The notes: generated by a model not told the origin, from the sequence alone. A stretch of DNA of 64,000 nt from Fidelibacterota bacterium (GCA_046735395.1 JBJKQR010000047.1:50727-114726); one strand, 5' to 3'; positions 28,348-38,464 are shown, counted from the first letter of the stretch. Translations and numbers: made by a program.

Positions 28348-29574
28348 ATGCGCAGAATTACTTTGATTTCATCCTTTTTACTTCTTTTTTCCTGCTCTCA
28401 TGACTCCGGGCGTGTCATGACGGGACTGGATGTGCTGGAAATGGATAATTTTTCCGCACTGCAGGGAAAGACGATTGCAGTCATTACCAATATGACCGCG
28501 CTGGACAGCCGGGGTCGGCATTTAGTGGATATTCTGAATGACGCACCCGATATCCGGGTGGCAGCCATCCTGTCACCGGAACATGGATTCCGCGGCACGG
28601 CGGAAGCGGGACATAAGGTTGGAAGTGGCAATGATCCCAAAACCGGCATCCCGATCATCAGCATGTATGGAAAGACCCGGAAGCCTACGCCGGAGATGCT
28701 GGCAGGTATTGATATGATACTTTTTGATATTCAGGATATCGGCGCCCGGTTTTATACCTATATCTCCACCATGGGGTACGGGATGCAGGCCGCAGCCGAA
28801 AACGGCATTGCCTTCATGGTGCTGGACCGGCCCAATCCCATCAGCAACCGGTGTGAAGGCGCCATTCTGGATACTGCAGGATACAGCAGCTTCGTTGGCC
28901 GTTATCCCATTCCTGTGCGGCATGGGCTGTCTGTCGGCGAACTGGCCCAGATGATCAAGGGAGAAAACTGGACGGATACGGATCTGGCAAAGCTGAATCT
29001 CGTCATTGTGCCGGTTCGAAATTGGGACGGAAATAAATTTTTCGGGTCATGGCCTCCGCCCAGCCCCAATATTCCCGATCTGGAAACCGCATTGATCTAC
29101 CCCGGGACCTGTCTCCTGGAAGGAACGAATCTGTCGGAAGGCCGTGGTACGGAGCATCCCTTTCTGGAATTCGGCGCTCCCTATATCGATGCATCGGCTC
29201 TTCGTGCTGATCTGGACCGCACTCCGCATCCGGGGCTGAAGCTGGATACACTCTCCTTTACTCCCGTTTCCATCGAAGGAAAGGCGACCAAACCCAAATA
29301 TGAAAATCAACTCTGTCATGGTATCCAGGTCACGATTACAGACATGGACAGTGTCAAAGCGGTGGCTTTCGGTGTGTCCCTGCTGTCCTCGGTAAAACGC
29401 CTCTTTCCAAACGATTTTGCCTGGAGAGACCATCGCTGGATAAACCTGCTCTGGGGAAACTCTGATCTGATGGAGGCTATTGACCGGGGCGAGGACGCCG
29501 CTCAGATTCTGGCTCGCTGCGATGCCGGACTGGATACATTCCGTAAAATGTCCGCGACCTACAGATTGTACTGA
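28348..29574 (+). CDS. namZ: DUF1343 exo-beta-N-acetylmuramidase (NamZ-like) lipoprotein
   Basis: Lipobox LFSC; SPEHGFRG, FDIQDIGARFYTYISTM, LDRPNP, PSPNIP, SEGRGT. Confidence 0.88.
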   Translation: MRRITLISSFLLLFSCSHDSGRVMTGLDVLEMDNFSALQGKTIAVITNMTALDSRGRHLVDILNDAPDIRVAAILSPEHGFRGTAEAGHKVGSGNDPKTGIPIISMYGKTRKPTPEMLAGIDMILFDIQDIGARFYTYISTMGYGMQAAAENGIAFMVLDRPNPISNRCEGAILDTAGYSSFVGRYPIPVRHGLSVGELAQMIKGENWTDTDLAKLNLVIVPVRNWDGNKFFGSWPPPSPNIPDLETALIYPGTCLLEGTNLSEGRGTEHPFLEFGAPYIDASALRADLDRTPHPGLKLDTLSFTPVSIEGKATKPKYENQLCHGIQVTITDMDSVKAVAFGVSLLSSVKRLFPNDFAWRDHRWINLLWGNSDLMEAIDRGEDAAQILARCDAGLDTFRKMSATYRLY

Positions 29575-29782
29575 TTTCAATATCCCGCCTGCCGCGGGAT
29601 GCATCCCATATCTTAGTTTTGCCCGGATTCTGCAGAGTGCAGAATTTTGATGCAGATCATGGGGAACTTGTGTAAATTCTGGCTGAAGTAAAATCCATTT
29701 GCCTGCTGTCACAGCAGAATGGGTTGAAAAAGAGTAACTTGGATCATGATGCAGGAAACAGCATATCAAGTACGTAAACTGT

Positions 29783-29863
29783 GGCCGGGGAGGCCTCGTT
29801 CACTTCGCCTGAGTCGCCTGAATATAACAGGCCGCCCGGCGGGGAGGGGGAGCTTGTCCAGCC
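29783..29863 (+). ncRNA. Candidate structured RNA element (long imperfect G-U-rich hairpin), family unknown
   Basis: Manual fold: GCCTG-AATATAA-CAGGC apex, extended by CACTTCGCC/GGCGGGGAG, AGGCCTC/GGGAGCTT and GGCCGGG/TCCAGCC in an otherwise non-coding gap. Confidence 0.3.
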
Positions 29864-29929
29864 GGAACTCAGAATCCCGCCGGATGTCGCAGGATTCGAT
29901 TTTATGGAAAGGATCGGTCCGGAAGAAGT

Positions 29930-30067
29930 ATGGAACTCCTTCATTTTATCAACAACCGAAAAGCGGTCATCATTTTACCGCTGGTGGCCATTCTTGGGCT
30001 GCTCAGTCTCTACATTGTCCTCACGGAAAGCAATCTGCTGAATTTTATTGCCCGTCTGGGGTATTGA
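29930..30067 (+). CDS. Small single-TM membrane peptide, DUF5989-like
   Basis: 45 aa, below the ORF-track cutoff: MELLHFINNRKAVIILPLVAILGLLSLYIVLTESNLLNFIARLGY; GGAAGAAG upstream. Confidence 0.6.
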   Translation: MELLHFINNRKAVIILPLVAILGLLSLYIVLTESNLLNFIARLGY

Positions 30068-30171
30068 AACACTGATTATTACAGGGTAACGCGGGGGAAT
30101 TGAAACCATGTTGACCGTTGCGTCACGGGCGGATAAGCAGGATTTTACCGACAAGTCGGGGCGATGCTGAT

Positions 30172-31476
30172 ATGGCCGGACATCAGGGCGGAAAGCATCC
30201 GCTGATCTGGTATGTTTTTCTTTTATTTCTGTCGCTGATTCCGGTGCTGATCCTGGAATCGCTGCTGCGTCTGTCTTCATTCGGGATGAATTTTCCCCTT
30301 CTTGTGAAGACGAGGGGCGCTGACGGAGTGGTTGTGGATAGTGTCAATACGGCCTATCCCCAGCGTTTTCTTCATGGAGCACAAACGGATTTTAAACTTC
30401 GTGACGGAGCTTTTCTGCACAGCAAACCGGCCAATGGTTTCAGGATAGCCCTCATCGGCACGGGCCTGATCTATGCACCGGACCGGACGGATCCGGCCTT
30501 TGTCCTTCGCGATTCTCTGCAGGCGCATCATCCCGGCATTTCCATTGAAGTGGTGAATCTCTCTCTGCCGAATTCATCCTCCTTTATCCTGCGGGAAATT
30601 GTCCGGGATCTTGGGAAAGAGCAGGTGGATCTTTTAGTGCTTGCTCCGGGTGACGGAGAATTCTATGGCCTGATGGGATCTGCCTCGAAAATGGGCCTGT
30701 CCTCGTCCTTCTTTTTCAATGAACTGAATTTCAGACTGGAAAAAGTGCGGATATTTCAGCTGCTTCGGTCTCTTTTTCCCTTTGAGGAGCTGGATACACT
30801 GTCGCTCGGGAGTGACGCCTTCAGTCTGGCAAAGGATAGGGAAATACCCTATCTGTCGGAATCCTATCTGAAAACACGGCGTTTTCTGCTCCAGAACCTG
30901 GCCGGAATTGCTGATGATGCCGCAGGCAGGAACAGCCGGGTGCTGATGCTGGTGCTTCCTGAACCGCTGGATTCGCAGGCTCCCCGGGAGCCGCTGTTCC
31001 GTGATTCCGATCTGGATCCGGACAGCCTGGCAAATGAATTCAGGGCGGCCCTGCAAAATCGCGACAGTCTGGAAATCCGCCGTATCATGAATTATCTCAG
31101 GATCTGGGAACCGGCATCTGCCATGACTGCCTATTTCCGCGGCCTGATATATCAAAGAGACGGAATGGCTGATTCCGCCTGGAATGCGTTGAATCTGGCT
31201 CTGAATCTCGATGCCTTCCGGGATCGGGCCAGCGCTGATTTCAGCCGGGCGCTGAGGCAGGCTGCGGAAGAGAAGGGTTGGACACTCGCGGATCTGAGGC
31301 GGGAATTCTACGACAGGGGGATCTGCTATTCCTCTGCCGGTCGTCCTGACAGCATGGGATACAGCCTGCTGGAGGCCGCGCTGTTCGCCCGCTGCGACAG
31401 CCTTCTGTCCCTGTGTGATGGTGATGAAAACAGAAACGGCGCTAAAATATTGAAAAATCGAAATATTGATGACTGA
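30172..31476 (+). CDS. Membrane-anchored SGNH-like/TPR protein, catalytic motifs degenerate
   Basis: ATG 30172; TM ending LESLLRL; KPANGFRIALIG, IEVVNL, GEFYG, ALNLDAFRDRA. Confidence 0.65.
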   Translation: MAGHQGGKHPLIWYVFLLFLSLIPVLILESLLRLSSFGMNFPLLVKTRGADGVVVDSVNTAYPQRFLHGAQTDFKLRDGAFLHSKPANGFRIALIGTGLIYAPDRTDPAFVLRDSLQAHHPGISIEVVNLSLPNSSSFILREIVRDLGKEQVDLLVLAPGDGEFYGLMGSASKMGLSSSFFFNELNFRLEKVRIFQLLRSLFPFEELDTLSLGSDAFSLAKDREIPYLSESYLKTRRFLLQNLAGIADDAAGRNSRVLMLVLPEPLDSQAPREPLFRDSDLDPDSLANEFRAALQNRDSLEIRRIMNYLRIWEPASAMTAYFRGLIYQRDGMADSAWNALNLALNLDAFRDRASADFSRALRQAAEEKGWTLADLRREFYDRGICYSSAGRPDSMGYSLLEAALFARCDSLLSLCDGDENRNGAKILKNRNIDD

Positions 31477-31512
31477 TAAAGATTTATTTATTAGATTTCT
31501 GCACGGGTAAGA

Positions 31513-32379
31513 GTGAAGATGAAAGATTTGGGGAAAAGCAGACAGCAAAAACCGGAATGGCTTAAGATCAAGGTGCCGGGTGGCAAGAATTACCGGGATC
31601 TGAAGAGTATTCTCGCTGAGCACAGGCTGCATACAGTCTGCGCCGAGGCGCGTTGTCCGAATGTGGAGGAATGCTGGGCCCGGCGATCCGCGACGGTCAT
31701 GATTCTGGGTGATACCTGTACCCGGAGCTGCCGTTTCTGTGCCGTCAAAACGGGACGATCCGGTATAGCGGATCAGGATGAACCGCGCCGGGTGGCCGAA
31801 GCCATCGCGGATATGGGCTTGAAGCATGTCGTTCTCACCTCGGTGGATCGGGATGATCTGCCCGATGGCGGCGCTGCACTCTGGCATGAGACTGTCAGCC
31901 GGATCCGGGAACTCTCCGTCGGAACCACCATCGAGATTCTCATTCCGGATTTCAATGGAGACCGGCAGAACTTGAATACAGTATTTGATAGCCGTCCCGA
32001 CATATTGAGTCATAATATGGAAACGGCGGAACACCTGTACCGGCATATCCGCCCGCAGGCTGATTATGAGCAGAGCCTGAGAGTTCTTCAGCTGGCCGCT
32101 GAGGCGGGATTGAGAACCAAAACGGGCATCATGGTCGGACTGGGTGAGGACGCTTCGGATGTGATACGCATTATGGAAGATGCACGATACAGGGGAACCC
32201 ACATTTTCACGATCGGACAGTATCTGCAGCCCACACCTGCTCATTTTCCGGTTCAGCGCTATGTGGATCCGGATGAATTTGAATGGTTCCGGCAGGAAGG
32301 ATTGAAGATGGGATTTCTGTATGTGGAATCAGCGCCTCTCGTCCGATCATCCTATCATGCCGACAACCACGTAGAATGA
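31513..32379 (+). CDS. lipA: Lipoyl synthase
   Basis: KPEWLK, CAEARCPNVEEC, CTRSCRFC, TIGQYLQP, PLVRSSYHA. Confidence 0.97.
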   Translation: MKMKDLGKSRQQKPEWLKIKVPGGKNYRDLKSILAEHRLHTVCAEARCPNVEECWARRSATVMILGDTCTRSCRFCAVKTGRSGIADQDEPRRVAEAIADMGLKHVVLTSVDRDDLPDGGAALWHETVSRIRELSVGTTIEILIPDFNGDRQNLNTVFDSRPDILSHNMETAEHLYRHIRPQADYEQSLRVLQLAAEAGLRTKTGIMVGLGEDASDVIRIMEDARYRGTHIFTIGQYLQPTPAHFPVQRYVDPDEFEWFRQEGLKMGFLYVESAPLVRSSYHADNHVE

Positions 32380-32387
32380 GGGAAACC

Positions 32388-33089
32388 ATGAACCTGAACA
32401 CATATAGAAACGGGGCACTTGCGCCCAGCCTGCTATCCGCGGATTTTCTGCATCTGGCCGCCGATATTGAAGCGGCAGAACAGAATGGGGCAGACCTGCT
32501 TCATCTGGATGTGATGGACGGCAGGTTTGTACCCAATCTGACCTTCGGCCCGCCGCTCATCAGGCAGATCCGTTCCTGTACCGGCCTGCCTCTTGATGTT
32601 CATCTGATGATTGAGAATGCCGAACAGACGTATATGGATTACATTCGTGCCGGTGCAGACATGATATCCGTTCACTGGGAGGCGGTTACACATATGAATC
32701 GTCTGCTCCGAGCCATCCGGGCAGAGAAGGTCGCCGCCGGGGTTGTGCTGAACCCGGCCACACCGCTGGCCTGTCTGGAAGATATACTGACAGAAGTGGA
32801 CTACATCCTGCTCATGTCCGTCAATCCCGGATTCGGAGGGCAGTCCTTCATTCCCGAATCGACGGACAAGATCCGGCGCCTGGCAGAGATGCTGGCCTCA
32901 GCAGGCCGGGACGAGGTGCTCATCGAAGTGGACGGGGGCATAAACGCCGAAAACATCCCAGCCATCCATACGGCAGGGGCTCATATTCTGGTTGCCGGAT
33001 CGGCAGTGTTTTCAGGCGGTGATATCGGATTACAGATTATGGCTTTGAAAAATAAAATAAATAACGGGGAGACGTGCATCCGATTATGA
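32388..33089 (+). CDS. rpe: Ribulose-phosphate 3-epimerase
   Basis: APSLLSADF, HLDVMDGRFVPN, MSVNPGFGGQ, EVDGG, VAGSA; alternative start ATG 32376. Confidence 0.96.
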   Translation: MNLNTYRNGALAPSLLSADFLHLAADIEAAEQNGADLLHLDVMDGRFVPNLTFGPPLIRQIRSCTGLPLDVHLMIENAEQTYMDYIRAGADMISVHWEAVTHMNRLLRAIRAEKVAAGVVLNPATPLACLEDILTEVDYILLMSVNPGFGGQSFIPESTDKIRRLAEMLASAGRDEVLIEVDGGINAENIPAIHTAGAHILVAGSAVFSGGDIGLQIMALKNKINNGETCIRL

Positions 33090-34186
33090 AAAATACGGAG
33101 AAAAAAGACAGGGAATTCAGAGAACGGAAACTGCCGGATCTTCCCACGCATCTGGAATGGTTTGATAAATTTTCCGTGAATCCCGTCAAAGTGCTTCTGG
33201 AACATGGACGGGACGCGAGTGTCCGCTATAACCTGTATAAAATCGTACTGAGGCTGGATGCTCAGGATCCCTTTCTTATGAATTCCAAAAAACGCCTGAA
33301 CGAGAACGGGGACCGGGTGCGCCAGCTGGTCAAGTTGGAAGAGGATACGCAGGAAATCCGGGCACGTGAGAGTGAATTGGGTTATGAGGCTGTACAGGCC
33401 GTTGTAATGGGACTGAATTCCGATCTGAGCGAAGCCTGGGACCGGGCCTGTCACAAACGGATGAAGGCGGTGCAGGATGCCATAGTTTTTCTGCTGAAAC
33501 AGCAGAAGGAGGACGGATCCTTTGATTTTCCCCTGCATATCACGGCCTATTTTCTGGAAACACTTCTGAAATATGATTTTGAAGGAAATCAGTACGTCGA
33601 AAAAGGAATTCGCTGGCTGGTTCGCCAGCAGAATGAAGATGGCGGCTGGGGAAAAGCCGGGGAAAAATCCGATATCTGGGTGACCCTGAAAGTCCTGTCT
33701 GCCTGCAGTTTTCATTCGGTCATGCGAAAACGTCCCAAGGTGCTCAAGGGCGCCGAATTCATTCTGGATCATTATCTGGATGAAAATTCCGGGGGTATCC
33801 TGGAGGGCATGAATGCCTGGGATAATCTCAGTTACGGTTACGAAGGGCTGAAGGCCTTTCGCGGCGGTACACTCCGCGTTCTGGAAATACTGGGGCGCCT
33901 GGGGTATCAGAGCTATGACCGTCGTATCCGGAAGATGCTGGACTGGCTGGAACAGCAGCAGCTGGGCAATGGATACTGGGCCGGAATTCCCCGCCTCGGT
34001 GAAGATAAAAACGAAATGGTCACACTCAGGGCTATTCGTGTTTTCCAACTCTATTACCTGTATTCAGGAAATAAAAAAACAATTAAAACATACCGAATAA
34101 AAGCCGGTGGGCGGGTGTCTGCGAAAAAACCCACCTTTGCCAGTTATAACGTGCCGGATTTAGACGGGATCGAGGAGAAAGAATGA
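33086..34186 (+). CDS. Prenyltransferase/squalene-cyclase-like (QW repeat) alpha-barrel protein
   Basis: Repeats LLKQQKEDGSF, WLVRQQNEDGGWG, WLEQQQLGNGYW; ATGA overlaps with rpe and lon. Confidence 0.72.
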   Translation: MKNTEKKDREFRERKLPDLPTHLEWFDKFSVNPVKVLLEHGRDASVRYNLYKIVLRLDAQDPFLMNSKKRLNENGDRVRQLVKLEEDTQEIRARESELGYEAVQAVVMGLNSDLSEAWDRACHKRMKAVQDAIVFLLKQQKEDGSFDFPLHITAYFLETLLKYDFEGNQYVEKGIRWLVRQQNEDGGWGKAGEKSDIWVTLKVLSACSFHSVMRKRPKVLKGAEFILDHYLDENSGGILEGMNAWDNLSYGYEGLKAFRGGTLRVLEILGRLGYQSYDRRIRKMLDWLEQQQLGNGYWAGIPRLGEDKNEMVTLRAIRVFQLYYLYSGNKKTIKTYRIKAGGRVSAKKPTFASYNVPDLDGIEEKE

Positions 34187-36585
34187 GCTCGAAAGAATAT
34201 GATTATGTCACCCCTCCGGATCCGGCCATCGCGGACCGATTCAAGGATCCCACCTCTGTTCCTCTGATGCCGCTGAGAAATACGACGCTTTTTCCTCAGC
34301 AGGTCATACCGCTGTATATCGGTCGGGACCGGTCTCTGAATCTTCTGGATGACCTGGATGATGAAGACCGCATCATTGTTGTGGTGGCTCAGAAGGATGG
34401 CGCCGTGGAAATCCCCGATTCCGACGAACTCTACGAATGGGGAACCCTGGCCCAGATTCTGAAAGTATTCGATATGCCCGACAAGAGCAAATCTGCCATT
34501 GTGCAGGGGATTGAACGGGTGCGGATCCATTCCATCGTGACGGAGGAACCCTATTACAAGGCCATTGTTCAGCGGGAACGTGAATATTACGAAGATACGA
34601 TGAAGGTGGAGGCGCTCACGGCCACGCTGCGGCAGCTGTTCAACCAGCTGGTGAAAAAGACTCAGTATCTCTCGGAGGAACACGTGCAGATCGTTTCCAA
34701 GATCAGCGACCCGGCACGTCTCTCCGACCGTATCATTTCCCTGACCAATATTCAGGTAGCCGAAAAACAGAAAATTCTGGAACAGCTGGATGTTCAGAAG
34801 CGCCTGACCGACTGCGCCGTGATTCTCAATAAGGAAATTCAGCGCATGGAAATCGGCGAAAAGATCCAGACGGAAGTTCAGGATGCCATCAATAAAAATC
34901 AGCGGGAATATTTTCTCCGCGAACAGATGAAGGCCATCAAGAAGGAACTGGGTGATGATGAAACCGGGATGGATCTGAAGGAACTCGAGGAAAAGATAAT
35001 TTCCGCGAACATGTCGGAGGAAGCGGTAAAGGTTGCGCAGAAGGAACTGGCCCGCCTGGAAAAAATTTCGCCCCAGTCGCCTGAGTATACCGTATCCCGT
35101 ACTTATCTGGACTGGCTGACTGATCTGCCCTGGTCCGAATCGACGGAAGACTCGGTGGATACGCTCGGAGCCAAGAAAATTCTGGATGAGGACCATTACG
35201 GCCTGGATAAGGTAAAAACACGGATTCTGGAATATCTCGCCGTGAGAAAACTGAAGATGGAGACAGATCCTGATTCCATCATGAAGGGCCCCATTCTCTG
35301 TTTTATCGGCCCTCCCGGAGTCGGCAAAACCTCCATGGGCCGGTCGATTGCACGATCCATGGGCCGAAAATTTCACCGCATGTCACTCGGCGGTGTCCGG
35401 GATGAAGCGGAAATACGCGGCCATCGGCGAACCTATATCGGCGCCCTGCCGGGCCGGATTATTCAGGGCCTGAAAAAATCGGGATCCAATAACCCCGTGT
35501 TCATGCTCGACGAAATCGACAAGCTGGGCAGTGATTTTCGGGGGGATCCGTCCTCCGCTCTGCTGGAGGTGCTGGATCCGGAACAGAATTTTTCCTTTTC
35601 GGATCATTACCTGGATGTGCCCTTTGATCTGAAGAATGTCATGTTCATTGCCACGGCCAACTGGTATGACGGCATCCCCGGTCCGCTGAAGGACAGAATG
35701 GAAATCCTGGAATTCCAGGGTTACACCCTTCCGGAAAAAGTCCGGATCGCCCAGGCCTTTCTGCTTCCCAAGCAGATTCGTGAACATGGCCTCAGCCCCC
35801 GGGAAGTGCAGTTTAGCCGGGATGCCATTGTTGAAGTCATCGAAAAATATACGCGGGAAGCGGGTGTGAGAAACCTGGAACGGGAAATTGCCAATATCTG
35901 CCGTAAGGTCGCCCGTGAAAAGGTGGAAAGCCGAAAGGTGAAATTCCGTATCGGCGTGAGTCAGGTGGCCAAGTATCTCGGTAAACAGACATTTTATTCG
36001 GATGTGGCTGAACGCCTGACCCGCCCGGGAATCGCTGTCGGGATGGCCTGGACGGCCGTAGGTGGTGATATTCTGTTCATCGAAGCCACCAAAATGCCCG
36101 GTAAGGGAAATATGATCCTGACGGGAAAACTGGGCGACGTCATGAAGGAATCGGCCCAGGCGGCCCTGTCCTTTATCCGGGCCAACGCCAAGGCCTTCGG
36201 CATATCCGAGGATTTTAACAAGAAATATGACCTGCATATCCATATTCCGGCCGGAGCCATTCCCAAGGACGGCCCCTCCGCCGGTGTAACCCTGCTGACG
36301 GCCATGGTATCTGTTCTCAGCAACCGCAAAGTGAAAAATGATCTGGCCATGACCGGTGAGATCACGCTGCGCGGAGCCGTGCTTCCCGTAGGCGGGATCA
36401 AGGAAAAAGTCATCGCTGCTCACCGGGCCGGACTGAGAACCATTCTCCTGCCGAAGAAAAATGAAAAGGATGTGGATGATATTCCGCCTGAAGTTCGTAA
36501 CGATATCAGCTTCTTTTTTCATGAAGAGATGCTGACGGTCGTGAACAGTGCTCTGGAATCTCTGAACGGGGCCGATGCCGAATAA
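34183..36585 (+). CDS. lon: ATP-dependent Lon protease
   Basis: PLMPLRN N-domain; GPPGVGKTS; LDEIDK; PKDGPSAG; AMTGEITLRG. Confidence 0.98.
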   Translation: MSSKEYDYVTPPDPAIADRFKDPTSVPLMPLRNTTLFPQQVIPLYIGRDRSLNLLDDLDDEDRIIVVVAQKDGAVEIPDSDELYEWGTLAQILKVFDMPDKSKSAIVQGIERVRIHSIVTEEPYYKAIVQREREYYEDTMKVEALTATLRQLFNQLVKKTQYLSEEHVQIVSKISDPARLSDRIISLTNIQVAEKQKILEQLDVQKRLTDCAVILNKEIQRMEIGEKIQTEVQDAINKNQREYFLREQMKAIKKELGDDETGMDLKELEEKIISANMSEEAVKVAQKELARLEKISPQSPEYTVSRTYLDWLTDLPWSESTEDSVDTLGAKKILDEDHYGLDKVKTRILEYLAVRKLKMETDPDSIMKGPILCFIGPPGVGKTSMGRSIARSMGRKFHRMSLGGVRDEAEIRGHRRTYIGALPGRIIQGLKKSGSNNPVFMLDEIDKLGSDFRGDPSSALLEVLDPEQNFSFSDHYLDVPFDLKNVMFIATANWYDGIPGPLKDRMEILEFQGYTLPEKVRIAQAFLLPKQIREHGLSPREVQFSRDAIVEVIEKYTREAGVRNLEREIANICRKVAREKVESRKVKFRIGVSQVAKYLGKQTFYSDVAERLTRPGIAVGMAWTAVGGDILFIEATKMPGKGNMILTGKLGDVMKESAQAALSFIRANAKAFGISEDFNKKYDLHIHIPAGAIPKDGPSAGVTLLTAMVSVLSNRKVKNDLAMTGEITLRGAVLPVGGIKEKVIAAHRAGLRTILLPKKNEKDVDDIPPEVRNDISFFFHEEMLTVVNSALESLNGADAE

Positions 36586-36642
36586 TGCGGCCGGAACATC
36601 TCCGGGTCTGTTTTTCTACCAAAGTGTAAAAGGAATACTCGT

Positions 36643-38460
36643 TTGTTTTTGAAAATACTCAAGCTTGCCGGCAAGTACAAAGTTGCCATCGGTATCGGGA
36701 TGTTTTTCTCCTTATTGTATGTTCTGGCAAATTCAGCGGCTCTTTGGACGGTCGCATCGCTGATGGAAACGGTCTTTCAGCCGGATAAGGCCTCCCATGT
36801 CCCGGCGGCCGCCGCCTCAGTGAATGATCAGCTGAAACTATGGATCGGACACTTCGTCACCGCAGCGACGCCGCTGCAGAAGCTGAGCCGGCTCACCGTT
36901 CTCATCATTTCCCTCTTTCTGATGAAGAATATCTTTGCCTATCTCAAGGATATCGCCTTTGCCACAATGGAACTGCGGCTGATTCATGACATGAGAACCC
37001 GGCTGTATGCCCACATCACGCGTCAGACCATGTCGTTCCTCGATAATCACAAGCGGGGCGAATTCATCAGCATCATTGTCAATGATGTATTAGCTCTCCG
37101 CCGGGCAGTGAATGTCACCTTCACGAATATGCTGATTGAACCCCTGAATGTTCTGGCCATCGTAGTTCTGCTCTTCATCATCAGCTGGAAATTCACGCTG
37201 TACATATTCATCATGTTTCCCGTTTCGGCTGTGATTTTCTGGATTGTCGGTGCCAGTATGCGGCGCAAGGGACGGCGGAGTTTCAAGCAGATGGCCCGCA
37301 TTACAGATTTTCTCCATCAGATGCTGGACGGGATTCGTCTGGTCAAGGCTCTGGGGAAGGAAGAAACGGAAATCAGCAATTTTTCCGAGAAGAGCGATCG
37401 CTACCGGGATCTGCAGCTGCGGCAGCAGCGCCTGTCCGTCATGTCGCCGTCGGTGAGTGAAATGATCGGTGTCATCACCGGATCCATCCTCTTTCTGCTG
37501 GGTGGCAAGATGGTCATTATCGATCATATCATGACTGCCGAGGATTTTCTTCGCTACATCATTCTGCTGTTTTCCGCCTTTCAGCCCATCAAGCGCATTA
37601 CCTCCATCAATATGAGCCTGCAGAACGGCTTTGCCGCCGGAGAACGCATCTTCGGGCTTCTGGAAATCGTACCGGAACAGCTGGAACGGCCCCGGGCCGG
37701 TGATCTGAGTGATTTCAGTGACCGGATCAGCTTCGAGAATATCCGCTTCCGCTATGAAAAGGACGATACGCAGTGGGTTCTGGATGATGTGTCCTTTGAG
37801 ATTCACAAGGGAGAGAAAGTCGCTTTGGTTGGTGCGTCCGGATCCGGAAAATCGACGCTGGCCGACCTTCTGCTTCGTTTCTACCTTCCCGATGAAGGGC
37901 AGGTTCGGATCGACGGCAGAGATATACAGGATATCCGGGCCGGGTCCCTGCGGAAAATGATCGGTGTGGTCAGTCAGGATGTATTCCTGCTCAACGACAG
38001 TGTCCGTAATAATATCCGGTACGGTGACAGTGAGGCCGATGACGACAGAGTTCTTCGTGCTGCTGAAATCGCCAATGCCAGGGAATTCATCGAAAATTTT
38101 GAATCCGACTGGGAAACGATCGTCGGAGACAGAGGTGTAAAATTGTCAGGCGGACAGAAACAGCGTATTTCCATCGCCCGTGCCGTCCTTCAGGATCAGA
38201 GCATTCTGATTCTGGATGAAGCGACCTCTTCCCTGGACAATGAATCGGAACGGATGGTGCAGGACAGTCTCAATACGCTCATGTCCGGGAAGACATCCCT
38301 GGTCATTGCCCACCGCCTGAGTACCATACAGAATGCAGACCGTATCCTCGTTCTGAATAAGGGAAAAATTATCTGTTCCGGATCCCATGCCTATCTGATG
38401 GGAAATTGTCCCTATTATGAAAATCTTTACCAGCAGCAGATGCAGTCGGAAGAGAACTGA
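36643..38460 (+). CDS. MsbA-like ABC exporter (TMD+NBD)
   Basis: TM helices; GASGSGKS, LSGGQKQR, ILDEATS, IAHRLST. Confidence 0.92.
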   Translation: MFLKILKLAGKYKVAIGIGMFFSLLYVLANSAALWTVASLMETVFQPDKASHVPAAAASVNDQLKLWIGHFVTAATPLQKLSRLTVLIISLFLMKNIFAYLKDIAFATMELRLIHDMRTRLYAHITRQTMSFLDNHKRGEFISIIVNDVLALRRAVNVTFTNMLIEPLNVLAIVVLLFIISWKFTLYIFIMFPVSAVIFWIVGASMRRKGRRSFKQMARITDFLHQMLDGIRLVKALGKEETEISNFSEKSDRYRDLQLRQQRLSVMSPSVSEMIGVITGSILFLLGGKMVIIDHIMTAEDFLRYIILLFSAFQPIKRITSINMSLQNGFAAGERIFGLLEIVPEQLERPRAGDLSDFSDRISFENIRFRYEKDDTQWVLDDVSFEIHKGEKVALVGASGSGKSTLADLLLRFYLPDEGQVRIDGRDIQDIRAGSLRKMIGVVSQDVFLLNDSVRNNIRYGDSEADDDRVLRAAEIANAREFIENFESDWETIVGDRGVKLSGGQKQRISIARAVLQDQSILILDEATSSLDNESERMVQDSLNTLMSGKTSLVIAHRLSTIQNADRILVLNKGKIICSGSHAYLMGNCPYYENLYQQQMQSEEN

Positions 38461-38464
38461 ATCC

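Noticed and set aside
29880..29900. GGATGTCGCAGGATTCGA resembles a tmRNA 5' end or tRNA T-arm
   Set aside because: No GGGG acceptor start, matching 3' CCA end or cloverleaf
29914..29932. TCGGTCCGGAAGAAG resembles the SRP RNA GNRA domain
   Set aside because: Lacks the conserved CAGG/AGCA internal loop and the stem does not close; better read as the RBS of the 45-aa ORF
29746..30075. 109-aa and 86-aa ORFs in the gap after namZ
   Set aside because: No protein-like features; they overlap the better-supported hydrophobic sORF and the hairpin
30634..32244. Long antisense ORFs (this 536-aa one; also 14409-15824, 18498-19667, 34144-35376, 39966-41105, 49515-50642)
   Set aside because: Shadows of well-supported + strand genes; no motifs; expected from codon bias
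33086..34186. Squalene-hopene cyclase / hopanoid synthesis
   Set aside because: Too short, no DxDD motif, no hpn genes nearby
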